A program made the translations under genes and the position numbers. This document shows, piece after piece, positions 1 to 11,175 of a stretch of 64,000 bases of DNA; the stretch's first letter is position 1; every line of letters begins with the position of its first letter. Source of the DNA: Longimicrobiales bacterium (GTDB lineage: Bacteria; Gemmatimonadota; Gemmatimonadetes; Longimicrobiales; Gaopeijiaceae); assembly GCA_965219445.1 (NCBI GenBank), contig CBDCNQ010000004.1, positions 1 through 64,000 on the forward strand, read 5' to 3'. The notes under the pieces are model-generated. The model was not told the origin of the DNA and ran no database searches. It worked only from the letters and a program-made list of their open reading frames with translations.

Positions 1-795
1 CGTCCTCGCGTTGGCCCGAATCGTCCGAGGTGTCCGTCCGTACTTGCTGGTCCGCACCCCCCGCTCCCCCCGACTCCTTCACACCGGTCTCTACCTGAGC
101 AGTACCTGGATCGTTTGATTCGGCCGAGGCCTGTTGTTCTTGATCACGCGGGTCTGGCTGTCCCCGCCCATCGTTGGGTGAATTACTGTCCACTGTTTTG
201 GATTTCCTTATGTGGGCCTGCGCGCTCGGCGGGCCTGAAACTACTGCCTACAAAATGGAACGAGAGAAGCCGGCTTCTCATCCCGCTGCGACGTATGCAA
301 CGTCTGAACACCGAGATACGCCACCGACATTTTCAGGCCGAAAAGGATCCTGCCCCGGCTGTCTTGGGGCAGCTCGTCCATCGCCTGAGCCCAGGCTCGG
401 CTCTCGCCGCACGGGCATTTCCCACGGCCGAAGCCATGGAAGGACGGTGTCCGAGGTTGGAACGACTAGAGTTCGGCCTGTTGAATCGAAGACCTTCGTT
501 CCGGGCACCCGATTGGGTGCACCATTAATTTCCGCTCTTTCTGTCTCCGGGGCAAGGGTGTTGAACATCGGACACACCGAGGTCGGAGTGCATGACACGA
601 GTGCTCCCGTAGGTCCAACCACCCTGTCACGTGGTACCGGCGCGGAGTCCGTCCTCGTGCGAGGACAGGCCAGCTCGGGCCACACCGGCCCTTATGGCCG
701 TTTGCCCGCAACAAATATAAGTTTCTCGGCTGTGGGAGGTCCGATGGCACGGCCTATGCAACTGATCGGAGCAGGATCTCCCAAGGAGGACATCG

Positions 796-2408
796 TGGCC
801 AAACTGATGCGAGCGGCTATTGCTGATCGGACTCGCGGCCGCCTGGCGCCCCGACGCCGCGGCCGCACAGTATTCCTGGTCCAACTTCTCGGCTTCGGCT
901 TGGGCTTCGGAACCGGAAATGCCCGTTTGGGAATCGGTGCATCTTATACCGCCTTGGATCCCCTTGTACGATTTCTACTTCGAGGATCCCTGCTGGGACT
1001 ACGCCTACTACGAGTGGTACCGCCACGCGTGTCACAGGGGGTACGACCGCATCCACCTTCGGCATAACTATTCAGTTGTTTCGGTGGAGCCACTTACCGT
1101 CGTCCCCACCGGCGATACGTATTATTGGCCCTACGGTTACTCTAGCTACTCCCATTTCTCCCTGAGCTTCGGGCTGCAGTTTCGGATACGGATATCCATC
1201 CTCGTACTACGGATCCCACTATTACACGCCCTTCTATCCCACGTACGGGTACCCCGCCTACGGGTACGCGGCCTATGGCTACCCAGCCTACGGTTACCCA
1301 GGCTACGGTTACCCCGCCTACGGTTACCCCGCTTATGGTGTCGTACGGTACGGGAGGAACAGAACGGCATCTGTGATGATCCGGCCCACACGTCCGCCTA
1401 TCCCGGCTCGCCGCTCGTGCGCTCCTCCCCGCTGTACAAGGAGTCCCCGCGGGCTGGCGCACAACGTACCGCGACCGCCCGCTCTGATCACGTCCGGAAG
1501 AGCCACAGCCACACGGACCTATCACGGACCGGAGGGCCAGAGCCAGGGCCTCAAGCGCGCTGAGTAATGTGAGGGAACGACCCCCGCAGCTTCGGGGGCG
1601 CGATACCCGTGCGTCAACAACGAGCAGGCCTCAGGGCGCCTCGGGATACGTCCGCCCGGCGCAATTCTGTCCGGGGGAGTCGCCCGACGTCGACCGTACG
1701 GATAGGCGTGTGACGCGCGCGCAGGCTCCACGGGATCGCTCCGGTGTAACGGGTCGACGCTCGACACGGGCTCGACCTTCCGAGGCGGTTTCGCGAGGCG
1801 CGGATGATCGTACGGATGCTTTGCGTGCCCGGCGCGGCATCTCTACGCGCCTCTACCCGTGCTTCTCGGGCAACACGACCCCCCGGCCATCCAAGTCGAG
1901 CAGCCGTGCACGCAGCAGCACAACGCGACGGAGCACAGTCGACGCTGGGCGCGAAGCCCGAACGATCCGTCCGGAGAGCCGACGACGGAACGCGAGGGAA
2001 CCACGGGCTCCCACAAACGCCGCACCTCGTCCGACAGCCCAATCTCGCTCTGGAGCGGAAACCCGGTCACTTTCTTTGAGAGAGCAGGCGCCGACCCCCC
2101 GTTCCCGGATCGGGAAGGCGCCGACCACGCGTTCCGGCCCCAGGGCAGGGCCTCGGGCCTCCCGCCGACCACAAGCGGGCTCGGCCTCTCCCCGCCGGAG
2201 CCGTGCGACCCAGCCGTCCGCCCGTTCGGCGCCCACTCGCGCGGCACCTCGGGCCCGGGCCACCCGGTCAGCGGCTCCAAGAGCGACGACCCCACGCTCG
2301 CGCGCGTCCTCGGGTGGAGTGTCCCGGGGAGCCGCGTCCCGGGGAGCCGCAAGGGCAAGGGCAGCCGCGCCGGCTCGCGGCCGAAGTATGCAACGGCCAC
2401 GTCGCTAG
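796..2408 (+). CDS. Hypothetical secreted protein with Tyr/Gly-rich repeats and an Arg/Ala/Ser-rich tail, broken by several apparent frameshifts
   Basis: RBS AAGGAGG precedes GTG 796. A signal-peptide-like segment (ORF 820-1563), YGYP repeats in another frame (~1185-1340) and the low-complexity ORF 1569-2408 appear to be pieces of one gene. Confidence 0.45.
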
Positions 2409-2558
2409 AGAACCCTGGCCCGCCACAAACCCCTTACATCCCTCGTACGGTGGCGTATAAGTTAGACACAGTCCTCTAGTGTGGTGTCCCAGAAGCTCGC
2501 GAGCCACCGAGAGCGCCGAGGTCGGCCCTGGGGACGTCATCAGGCAGGAGGGAGATGG

Positions 2559-2795
2559 ATGGACGATTTCGGCGAGGAACGCCGAAAGGGAGAGCGGCGG
2601 GTCAAGGACACGCGCGCCCCACGAGAGAGGCGAGCCGGTCCGGGTCGCCGGATCTGGATCCGGCGAGACCCGGACGAGGAGGTCGAAGTCGACGAGGAGC
2701 GTCGGCAAGGCGAGCAGCGTTCAGGAGGACCACGGCGCAGCGGGGACCTCCGGCGAAAGGATCAGCGCCGTAAGGGCGATCGGCGCCTCGACTGA
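2559..2795 (+). CDS. Small charged hypothetical protein with (E/D)RR repeats
   Basis: GGAGGGAG RBS, ATG 2559, recurring ERR/DRR motifs, terminator downstream. Confidence 0.55.
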   Translation: MDDFGEERRKGERRVKDTRAPRERRAGPGRRIWIRRDPDEEVEVDEERRQGEQRSGGPRRSGDLRRKDQRRKGDRRLD

Positions 2796-2859
2796 CCAAC
2801 ACCTCACCGCGTTGACACCTTCTCCGTAATAATTAGTATTAGCGATAAGGATCGCTAAG

Positions 2860-2879
2860 AACCCCTAGCGGGGTTTTTT
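2860..2879 (+). terminator. Rho-independent terminator
   Basis: AACCCC-TAGC-GGGGTT hairpin followed by a T-run, between convergent genes. Confidence 0.7.
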
Positions 2880-2960
2880 GATAGCTTTCCCCGCCAAAGC
2901 GCCATCCTCGAGAGAGGATGTAGAAAGGGGGTCGACCGGAAACGGTCGGCCCCCGCTTTG

Positions 2961-4244
2961 TTAGAATGGCTCCGGGGGAGCGTCCAGACTGACCCTCCAT
3001 CGCTGGTACTCGCCCCCTCCTCCCGCGCCCCACTCGAGGAACAACATTTCAGTAGCGGCCCTCTCGAGATCCACTGCCAAGAGCTTGCCATCGTAGCGAG
3101 CTTCGATAGTGCTCAGGGGAGTATGGGCCACGACATGGATCTCCGCCCCGAACTCCTCCAAAACGTCGTCGAGCGCCGACGTCAACGTGTCCGATTCCAC
3201 GTAACCTCGGAACCACAGGATGCCCGTCCCGTCGAAGAGGACGCCGGTCCGCCGCGCGACGGCCGCCGGGTCCATGATGATCACACTCGTGTACTGATCC
3301 GCTACCCGCTCGGCCGTCGCGGAGTCGGTGACCAGAGCCAGGGTCGTGTCGGCCCACCGGTAGAAGAGGTCCTCCGACATGAACGTCCGTATCGAATCGT
3401 TCACCGCCTCGACGGAACGGGGGCTCGATTCCGGACCCACACCGCCATGGGCCAGCAGCACCTCGTTCACCTTCATCACACCCGGCCGGCCAGCCAGCCA
3501 GCGGCCCAGCAATGAATGCCGAATATCGAACAGGTTGGAATAGGAGGTGCCGTGTAGGCGAGCGATGAGTTGCTCCTTCGAGGAGACGTAGCGGACGTCC
3601 TCCGTGAAGATCATCGTCTCGTGGTTCCCCAGCACGACATGAGAGCCTCCCCCGGCCGCCCGGGCCTGGCGCTCCAATTCGTAGAGAAACCACAGGACCC
3701 GAGTGACGTCCGCACCGCGATCGAAGAGGTCACCGAGGAATACCACGTGACTCTCTCCCCCGACCCATTTGCTCTCCTCGTCGATGAGCCCGGCGTTCCC
3801 CAGGAGACCGAGGACTCGGTCGAACTCTCCGTGCACGTCCCCCACCACGTACAGGGAATCGACATCAGTGAGGACTGCGGGGACCCGTGGCACGTCCTCA
3901 TTCAGATACAGCACGGTTTCCTGGAGATCCTCGCTGGACAACGTACCGTAGCGCAGGAGCGCCGTAGCTCCCCTTGGACGGGGAAACGTCGTGAAGTGCG
4001 CCCCTTGAGGCGGAGTCTCGATGCGGTGGACCGTGCTACCCGCGGAGATGACCTCCAGGACTCCCTCCTCGGCACTGGATGTGAGCCACCCCACGCCGAC
4101 CTCACCCGCGCTATCCGTTACCCAGAGTCCATACTCGCCTTCGAGCTGCGCTTGGCTGCCGGCCACAGGTAAAGGGCCCAGAAGCATGAGGCTCACGAGG
4201 GTCGCAGCGGCAGGAAGCGCGGTCCTGGACCCGATCGAGGTCAC
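2961..4244 (-). CDS. Secreted calcineurin-like metallophosphoesterase
   Basis: GDVHG, GDLFDRG and GNHE motifs; signal peptide. Confidence 0.85.
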   Translation of the reverse strand: MTSIGSRTALPAAATLVSLMLLGPLPVAGSQAQLEGEYGLWVTDSAGEVGVGWLTSSAEEGVLEVISAGSTVHRIETPPQGAHFTTFPRPRGATALLRYGTLSSEDLQETVLYLNEDVPRVPAVLTDVDSLYVVGDVHGEFDRVLGLLGNAGLIDEESKWVGGESHVVFLGDLFDRGADVTRVLWFLYELERQARAAGGGSHVVLGNHETMIFTEDVRYVSSKEQLIARLHGTSYSNLFDIRHSLLGRWLAGRPGVMKVNEVLLAHGGVGPESSPRSVEAVNDSIRTFMSEDLFYRWADTTLALVTDSATAERVADQYTSVIIMDPAAVARRTGVLFDGTGILWFRGYVESDTLTSALDDVLEEFGAEIHVVAHTPLSTIEARYDGKLLAVDLERAATEMLFLEWGAGGGGEYQRWRVSLDAPPEPF

Positions 4245-4387
4245 ATGTGCTCCAGGTTGGAGGAATCCTTGGGCCCGGCTGGTCGCCTATGTGTGGACCA
4301 TAGGTTCATACCAGCGTTAGACTTCGTTGGTTCGAACTCGGTATGCTCACGAGCCGTCACCACCACCGTTTTACTCCGACGCCGAAG

Positions 4388-6700
4388 ATGACTGATCATC
4401 CTGATCGTCCTGCTGCCGGGCAAGATTTCGTGCGTGCCATCATCGCCGCCGACGTCGAGACGGGCAAGCACGGGGGGGCCGTCGTCACGCGGTTCCCACC
4501 CGAGCCCAACGGCTTCTTACACATCGGCCACGCGAAATCGATCTGTCTCAACTTCGGCGCAGCCGCTGAGCACGATGGTGTCACTCATCTTCGGTTCGAC
4601 GACACGAACCCGGAGACCGAAGACGAACTCTACGTCCGCTCGATCCAGGAGGACGTGCGTTGGCTCGGGTTCGACTGGGGAGATCACCTCTATTTCGCGT
4701 CGGATTACTTCGAGCGCTTGTACCAGTACGCGATCGAATTGATCGAGGCGGGCCTGGCGTACGTGGACAGCTCGAGCGAGGAAGAGATCAGGGATTATCG
4801 AGGTACCGTAACCGAGCCGGGACGACCCACCTCGTACCGGGACCGATCCGTCGCAGAAAATTTGGATCTCTTCCGCCGCATGCGCGAAGGCGAGTTCGCC
4901 GACGGCACCCACGTGCTGCGAGCAAAGATCGACCTCACATCGCCGAACATGCTCATGCGCGATCCCGTGCTCTATCGGATTCGGCACGCGGACCATTACC
5001 GCACGAGTGGTGACTGGTGCATCTATCCGCTCTACGACTTCACCCACTGTCTTTCCGACTCCATCGAGGGCATTACACACTCCCTGTGCACTCTGGAGTT
5101 CGACAACAACCGGGAGTTGTACGACTGGATTCTGGATCATGTCGACGTCCCTCGGCCCCAGCCGAGACAGTACGAGTTCGCACGGCTCAACCTGGAATAC
5201 ACCCTCCTGAGCAAGCGAAATCTCCTCTGCTTGGTACGGGAGGCGCACCTAGACGGATGGGACGACCCCAGGATGCCCTCGATCGCCGGAATGCGGCGCC
5301 GTGGGGTTCCGCCGGCCGCTCTCCGTACCTTTTGTGACATGATCGGTGTGGCCAAGACCGAGAACCGGGTGGACTTCGCGAAGCTCGAGTACGCGATCCG
5401 GGATGAGCTGAATCCGACCGCGCCGCGCGTCATGTGCGTGCTTCGCCCTCTCAAGCTCATCGTGGACAACTTCGGAGAGCAGGAGCTCGAAGAGTTGGAC
5501 GCGCCGTACTTCCCGGACGATATCGGCAAGGAGGGGTCACGCCTCGTACCCTTCACGCGGGAGCTTCTGATCGAGCGTGGCGACTTCGAAGAGGATCCCC
5601 CAAAGGGATTCCGCCGGCTGGTTCCGGGCGGGGAGGTGCGCCTGCGCTACGGTTACGTCGTCCGCTGTGTCGACGCCGTAAAGGATGAAGATGGGGTGGT
5701 CACCGAGGTGCACTGTACGTACGATCCCGAAACGAGGGGTGGCTCGACGCCCGACGGACGCAAGGTCAAAGGCACCATCCACTGGGTCTCCGCGTCGCAC
5801 TCCGTTCCCGCGGAGGTCCGCCTGTACGATCGGCTGTTTTCAGTGCCGGACCCGGAGAACGTAGAAGATGGAGAGGATTTTACGGTGCACCTGAACCCCG
5901 ACTCTCTTACGGTCCTCGCCGACAGCCGAGTCGAGCAGAGCGTCGCGTCGGATCCGACCGATACGACCTATCAGTTCGAGCGCACCGGTTACTTCGTTCA
6001 CGACGCCGTCGACTCCAGGCCCGACCACCTGGTCTTCAACCGCATCGTGACGCTCCGGGACAGCTGGGCAAGGGCTCGAACGGAGGCCGAAGGCGAAGCG
6101 GCGAAACCTCATCCGGCTCAGGTAGAAGAGAAGGCGGGCGGCCGCGCCTCACCGAGTGATCCACGCCCGGGGGATCCGAAGGCCGCTTCGCGGTACGACG
6201 GGCTGCTGGAGGAGCACGCATTGGCCGAGAGCGAGGCATCGGTACTGGCGCAAGACCTCGGCTTGTTCGGGCTCTTCGGCGAGGGATCGAAGCACACGGC
6301 CGACCTAGTCGGCCTCGCAAAGTGGATCGTGAACGAGGTGCCCCGTGTTCTCGAGAACCGCCCGGTGGACGCGTTGCTTTTCGGGGGACGGGAACTCGCC
6401 CGCCTCGTTGAGCTCGTCTCGAAGGGCGACGTCTCTGGGCGGGCCGCCAAGGACGTGCTCGCGGTTTTGGCGGAAGAGGGTGGAGATCCAGACACCGTGA
6501 TCGAGGCGAGGGGCTTGGGCCGGGTGAGCGATGCGTCGACGCTCCAGCCCATGGTCGCGCGCCTGGTTGAATCCAATCCCACCCAGGCCCAGAGTTACCG
6601 CGACGGTAAGACGGGCCTCATGGGCTTCTTCGTCGGGCAGGTGATGAAGGAAACCAACGGGGCGGCCGATCCGGAGGTCACACAGAATCTCCCTACGTGA
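4388..6700 (+). CDS. glnS: Glutamine--tRNA ligase with C-terminal GatB/YqeY domain
   Basis: TRFPPEPNGFLHIGHAKS (HIGH) and LSKR motifs; C-terminal GFFVGQVMK. The extreme C-terminus probably carries a 1-nt indel near 6690. Confidence 0.95.
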   Translation: MTDHPDRPAAGQDFVRAIIAADVETGKHGGAVVTRFPPEPNGFLHIGHAKSICLNFGAAAEHDGVTHLRFDDTNPETEDELYVRSIQEDVRWLGFDWGDHLYFASDYFERLYQYAIELIEAGLAYVDSSSEEEIRDYRGTVTEPGRPTSYRDRSVAENLDLFRRMREGEFADGTHVLRAKIDLTSPNMLMRDPVLYRIRHADHYRTSGDWCIYPLYDFTHCLSDSIEGITHSLCTLEFDNNRELYDWILDHVDVPRPQPRQYEFARLNLEYTLLSKRNLLCLVREAHLDGWDDPRMPSIAGMRRRGVPPAALRTFCDMIGVAKTENRVDFAKLEYAIRDELNPTAPRVMCVLRPLKLIVDNFGEQELEELDAPYFPDDIGKEGSRLVPFTRELLIERGDFEEDPPKGFRRLVPGGEVRLRYGYVVRCVDAVKDEDGVVTEVHCTYDPETRGGSTPDGRKVKGTIHWVSASHSVPAEVRLYDRLFSVPDPENVEDGEDFTVHLNPDSLTVLADSRVEQSVASDPTDTTYQFERTGYFVHDAVDSRPDHLVFNRIVTLRDSWARARTEAEGEAAKPHPAQVEEKAGGRASPSDPRPGDPKAASRYDGLLEEHALAESEASVLAQDLGLFGLFGEGSKHTADLVGLAKWIVNEVPRVLENRPVDALLFGGRELARLVELVSKGDVSGRAAKDVLAVLAEEGGDPDTVIEARGLGRVSDASTLQPMVARLVESNPTQAQSYRDGKTGLMGFFVGQVMKETNGAADPEVTQNLPT

Positions 6701-8241
6701 GGCGTTGATGAGACCGGGTGGAGAGTAGCTCTCAGGGCCTCCTCCAACCCCGCTTCCCCCGATCCGTACACGTAGTCCTCTACGGCACCGTGGATCCGCC
6801 CGACGGTCTCATGGGAAGGGGGCCTCGTGAACGCGGACACCGTGATGCAAGTCGCGAAATTCGCCGCGAGGGACCAGATCGCTCCGTGCACTCCCAGCGC
6901 ATGGGGGACCGTCACCAGAGTCACGTACAGAACAGCCAGCCCCACGCCGACCCCGGCGAGCACGCCCGATTTCGTGAACGGGCGCCGCGTCGGATAGCAC
7001 ACGCCGAGCGTGCCCGGTAGCAGTTGCAGCGCCCCGGCTCCGGAAAGTGTCACCAGGGTCACGAGGAATCCAAACGTCCGCACCGACAGCACATAGCCGA
7101 CGATCAGGAGTCCAAGGACGATGGCCCGCCCGACCCACACATAGTGCGCCTGCTCTCTGTCGCGGGCGATGTAGCGCTGATAGACGTCGCGCGTGAGTAC
7201 GGTCATGTTCGCGTGAAGGATCGAGTCGAGCGTCGACATGGCGGCGGCCGTCGCTCCAGCCAGAATCAGGCCTGTGAGCCATGCGGGTGCATATCGAACC
7301 AGAAGTTCGGGAAAGATCTGATCGGGAATCGCGAGATCCGGCAGAACGATCGCGCCACCCAGGCCCACCAGCGCCGCGGGGATGTATAGGGTCATCAAGA
7401 AGATGGGCGTGGTAGCCCCGAGCCACTTGATCGTGCGACCCGACACGGCCGTGTAGTAGCGGATCATGATATGCGGTTGGAGAACGATCCCGAACGACAG
7501 CGCGATCGTCATCCCGATCCACATCCCGGGGGTGAAGAAACCCTCCGGTCCCGGCAGCGAAAGCAGATCCGGCCGCTCGGATGACACTCGTCTCCAGAGC
7601 GCCAACGGCCCGCCGAAGAGCCGGTTGGACAGAACCAGGGCCCCGGTCCACACAGCCACATACATCCAAGCGCCCTGGACCACGTCCGTCCAATACACGG
7701 CTCTGAGCCCCCCCGCCATCAGGTATCCCCCCGCCACGACCATGAGGAGCAACGTGCCCATCTCGAAGGAGATCCGGTCGCCCGAGGCCACCGAGATGAT
7801 GTACCCGAGGCCCTGCGCCTGCACCTGGATATAGAGGATCGTGAAGAGAACGGAGACCAGGGCCGCGACGACCCGCACGGCCTCACTCTCGTAAAAATCG
7901 GCCAGCATGTCCGCCGGCGTGATGTAGCTGAACCGTTTCCCCAAGGCCCAGATGCGGACCCCGAGCGTGTAGGTGATCGCCCCGGTGAGCACGGTCCACG
8001 TGCCGGCCTCCCAAAATCCGATCCCGTGCCGGTAGAAGAAGCCACCCGAACCGAGAAAGGCGAACGCCGAGTGGTACGTGGCCACGACCGTCAGGTACAG
8101 GACCACGAAGCCGGCCCTGCGCCCGTATAGAAGGAAATCCTCGAGATCCACGGACATCGCCCGGTTGGCCAGAACACCCAGCACGATTGTGACGAGGATA
8201 TAGAGAAGGACCAACCCGGTCGCGACGACCCAACTCTCCAC
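6595..8241 (-). CDS. Sodium:solute symporter (SSS family)
   Basis: Many TM helices; GGLRAVYWTDVVQG and AAAMSTLDS motifs. The 3' overlap with glnS is probably inflated by an indel. Confidence 0.9.
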   Translation of the reverse strand: MESWVVATGLVLLYILVTIVLGVLANRAMSVDLEDFLLYGRRAGFVVLYLTVVATYHSAFAFLGSGGFFYRHGIGFWEAGTWTVLTGAITYTLGVRIWALGKRFSYITPADMLADFYESEAVRVVAALVSVLFTILYIQVQAQGLGYIISVASGDRISFEMGTLLLMVVAGGYLMAGGLRAVYWTDVVQGAWMYVAVWTGALVLSNRLFGGPLALWRRVSSERPDLLSLPGPEGFFTPGMWIGMTIALSFGIVLQPHIMIRYYTAVSGRTIKWLGATTPIFLMTLYIPAALVGLGGAIVLPDLAIPDQIFPELLVRYAPAWLTGLILAGATAAAMSTLDSILHANMTVLTRDVYQRYIARDREQAHYVWVGRAIVLGLLIVGYVLSVRTFGFLVTLVTLSGAGALQLLPGTLGVCYPTRRPFTKSGVLAGVGVGLAVLYVTLVTVPHALGVHGAIWSLAANFATCITVSAFTRPPSHETVGRIHGAVEDYVYGSGEAGLEEALRATLHPVSSTPHVGRFCVTSGSAAPLVSFITCPTKKPMRPVLPSR

Positions 8242-8315
8242 GCGCTACGCCTCCCAGCCTAGCACGCTAGCTTGTCCCATTCCGGACGTGTCTCGGACAG
8301 TCGTGGGACGGAGCA

Positions 8316-8552
8316 CTAGACTCCTCTCCGGACGGCCCAAAGCAGGACCCCGATCAGCGCGAAGTAGACCGCGCCGAGGTAGACGTACAGGAAGGGCATG
8401 CCTAGGACCCACGCGGAGCCGAAGCGTGCGTTCACCCAGAAGACGAGAGGCGGCTGGACCAGCGCCATCAGGCCGAGGAAGGCGAGGACAGCAGTCCAGC
8501 CCGTGCCGGAGCGCGGCAGATAGTGGCTACGGAAGCTCAGAGCGACCTCCAA
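8316..8552 (-). CDS. Small 2-TM partner of the SSS transporter (DUF3311-like)
   Basis: WVLGMPFLY motif; directly upstream of the SSS gene. Confidence 0.7.
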   Translation of the reverse strand: MEVALSFRSHYLPRSGTGWTAVLAFLGLMALVQPPLVFWVNARFGSAWVLGMPFLYVYLGAVYFALIGVLLWAVRRGV

Positions 8553-8576
8553 GTGTAGCGTCGCAGAAGTTCACGC

Positions 8577-10106
8577 CTACAGTAGGTAGGCCTGAAAGGC
8601 CACCAAGCTCCACGCCACGCCGGCCCCCGCCACCGTATTGGCCAGGTTTCGAAGGTGGTGATCGGAGCGGGTCCCCTTCCCCATCATCGCTCCGAGGAAC
8701 GACTCGAGCGTCGAACCGCAAAACGCTCCGATGATCACCGCTAAAGCCGTGGCGCCGGCGATCAGTCCCATCGCCCAGCCCACGCCCGTCAGTGCGGTCG
8801 CTGCAAGAACGCCCGCAAGGGTGCCCGCCACGGACACGCCACCCGCCGTGCCCTCAGGGACGGTCCGCCAGGTCGTGACGAGTACGTGGCGGCGCCCGAA
8901 GGCCTGACCGAACTCGGTCGCGGTAGTGTCGAAGAGCGAGGTGGCGAAGGCAGCGACCATCGCGATACGGAACGCCTCGGCATGGGGCGTCGACACAGCC
9001 AGAAATGCGCACGCCACACCGGCCCCGGTGTTCGCCCCGACACTGCCGAGCCCTCTTCGGCCACCCCTCCCTTCCGCCACCCCCAACGCTTCCTTCCGTG
9101 CGTGGCCCAGTCGGGTCACGCCCGTACCGATCACCATGAGACCACCCAGCATCACGAGTCCCGGCCACGCCGCGTAAACGTAGAGCACGGTGGCCAGGAG
9201 TGCCCCTGCCACGGCTCCAGACCGATCCACGGCACCTGCGAAGTAGGCCATGACCGTGACGGGCAGCGTGATCGCCACACCGGTCAACCAGGCCCCGTCG
9301 GCGGCAGCAAACGCGCCTCCGACGCCCGTTGCGGCGGCTCCGCCCGCAACGAGCAATCCGGGGTCCACGAGCGTCGCCAGCCAGAGCACCACGCCCCCGA
9401 CCACGGGCACCAGGATGTTGTCGTCGACGTTCGTCTCCAGTGATTCGGCGAGCGCGGCCGCCGTGGTCGCCACGAGGCATCCGATCACCAGGACGGACAG
9501 CGAGCCCGGCACACCGGCGGCGCCCGCGTCCCCGACGGCCCCACCCAACAGGAACGCATCCCCGATACGCGCGGACGCGTCGCTCCCGCCCAGCGTCAGC
9601 AGCCCTCCGGGCACCAGGGAGTCACCCAGAGTCCACGTCCCTGCGCGCTGGGTCCAGCGAATGACCCACGCACATGCGGCAGTACCGAACACGACGAACG
9701 CCACCAGGCCCGACCAGGTCTTCTTGGGGTTCCAAGGCAATCGCGGACCCCGGATCAGCAAGCCCGACAGCGCGGCCATCCCGTCCCCAACGGCGAGCAG
9801 CGCCCAGATCCCCGCCGCCAGCTCCAGCCGTGACCGGAAAATGATGAAGGTCAGAAGAAGAATTGCCGGGTAAAGCACCACCCCCCGTGAGAATCGGGAG
9901 GCCCGCTCCTCAGGCCGCAATAAGGCCCCTCGGGTGATGCTATGGAGAAAGAACGAATTCACGATCAGGGCCGCCACCGCCATGAAAACGGCTTGCCACG
10001 GCGTCAGCCAACGCAGCAGGAGCGCGAAGGCCCCCATGCCGACGTGCACCAGCTTCCGCGGGAGCTCCGAGCGGAGCGTAGTGGGGTCCGTCCGAGGGGT
10101 GCCCAC
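8577..10106 (-). CDS. DUF92 membrane protein with N-terminal phytol/dolichol-kinase-like domain
   Basis: RKLVH, GDGMAA, KKTWSG and DDN motifs; DTTATEFG and GTAGGVS (DUF92). Confidence 0.8.
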   Translation of the reverse strand: MGTPRTDPTTLRSELPRKLVHVGMGAFALLLRWLTPWQAVFMAVAALIVNSFFLHSITRGALLRPEERASRFSRGVVLYPAILLLTFIIFRSRLELAAGIWALLAVGDGMAALSGLLIRGPRLPWNPKKTWSGLVAFVVFGTAACAWVIRWTQRAGTWTLGDSLVPGGLLTLGGSDASARIGDAFLLGGAVGDAGAAGVPGSLSVLVIGCLVATTAAALAESLETNVDDNILVPVVGGVVLWLATLVDPGLLVAGGAAATGVGGAFAAADGAWLTGVAITLPVTVMAYFAGAVDRSGAVAGALLATVLYVYAAWPGLVMLGGLMVIGTGVTRLGHARKEALGVAEGRGGRRGLGSVGANTGAGVACAFLAVSTPHAEAFRIAMVAAFATSLFDTTATEFGQAFGRRHVLVTTWRTVPEGTAGGVSVAGTLAGVLAATALTGVGWAMGLIAGATALAVIIGAFCGSTLESFLGAMMGKGTRSDHHLRNLANTVAGAGVAWSLVAFQAYLL

Positions 10107-10550
10107 GTGGATCGAATCCCTCGGCTATCCGAACATGCGCTTGAACATCGAGCGAACATGACCCTCGTACTGCTTCACGACCAGTACGGAGGCCGAGGAA
10201 GTTGGAATCGGTGGGCGGATATGGCTAGAGGAAAATTCGAGTCGCCTCAAATGTTTACGGAGTCTTCCGAGTCCGGTGAAGAAAGTGATTGCTACCGCAT
10301 GGGGCACGGGCAAGCTTTAATGTGGGTCGGTGTCGGCCCGTTCTGGAAATCTCGTTGAGACAGGCCGGCTGTGAACGACGACTCGGGTTCCGGTCAGGGC
10401 ACTTGTGAAGGGCGATGGATGGTCACGGCATGGATGTTAAGAAGTAGGAAATGTTTGCCGCTTTTCCCCTGTCTCCGCTCCGAGGCAAAGTCGCCTACAA
10501 CCCTTAATTCAACAAGCTTCTCGCCGGTTTTCCACATTCCCCGGCACGTG

Positions 10551-10564
10551 GGCACGCACCTTGC
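10551..10564 (+). promoter_or_regulatory. sigma54 -24/-12 promoter of pilin cluster 1
   Basis: GGCACGCACCTTGC (GG-N10-GC, TTGC) about 75 bp upstream of ATG 10639. Confidence 0.65.
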
Positions 10565-10638
10565 GTTTACAGTCGTCGATGAAGTTCAGTAGATCAGGTG
10601 CACTAAGGCTTTTGGGCCGACTTAAGAGGGTTAGCAAC

Positions 10639-11116
10639 ATGAAAGCACGGTACGAGATCATGAGTTTGGGTTCGCAGGACGGATTCGCGATGATGGCCAC
10701 TTTGGGCGTCCTCTCGATTCTTTCCGTCTTGGTTGTGAGCGTCTTCGCGAATGCGATGGCGTCCTTCCGTTCCGGTATGACGGACCTGGAGAAATCCCGT
10801 ACGTACTACGCCGCCGAGGCCGGTGCGGAGTCCGGGATGGCGCAACTGGCGTTGGCCCTCGAAGACGCGATTGTGGATGACGAAGAGCTGAACGCGATCG
10901 TCCCTCCGACGATCGAAGGCTTCACCTTCGACAGCTTCAGCGTCGTGAGGGACGGAAGCGTCCAGACGGAGCGGATCACCGACGGACCGTTCGCCGGTCT
11001 CTTTTCCCGAACGCAGATCGTGGAGATCACCACCGAGGCGGTAAGTCCCGACTACACCTCTTCGTCGGTCATGGTGACCGCCAAGGCGCAGGCGATCCCG
11101 ATCTTCCAGTTCGGGG
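10639..11116 (+). CDS. PilX-like minor pilin, 5' part, interrupted by the prophage at attL
   Basis: Prepilin-like G|FAMM leader with hydrophobic helix and YAAEAG motif. Ends ...AIPIFQFG at the att core, then runs on to a stop at 11172. Confidence 0.85.
11103..11116 (+). repeat. attL core CTTCCAGTTCGGGG
   Basis: Identical 14-mer at 37196-37209; about 60 bp from the integrase stop. Confidence 0.9.
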
Positions 11117-11175
11117 CGGATGGCTTAACTGTGCGGTGTCTGGCGGGGTATGATGTGAGAACTGTGGTTTAGCGG

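Noticed and set aside
6595..6700. Long convergent overlap of glnS and the symporter
   Set aside because: Removing one C near 6690 gives a more natural glnS end (NLLREAL...) and a much shorter symporter tail, so this is probably an error.
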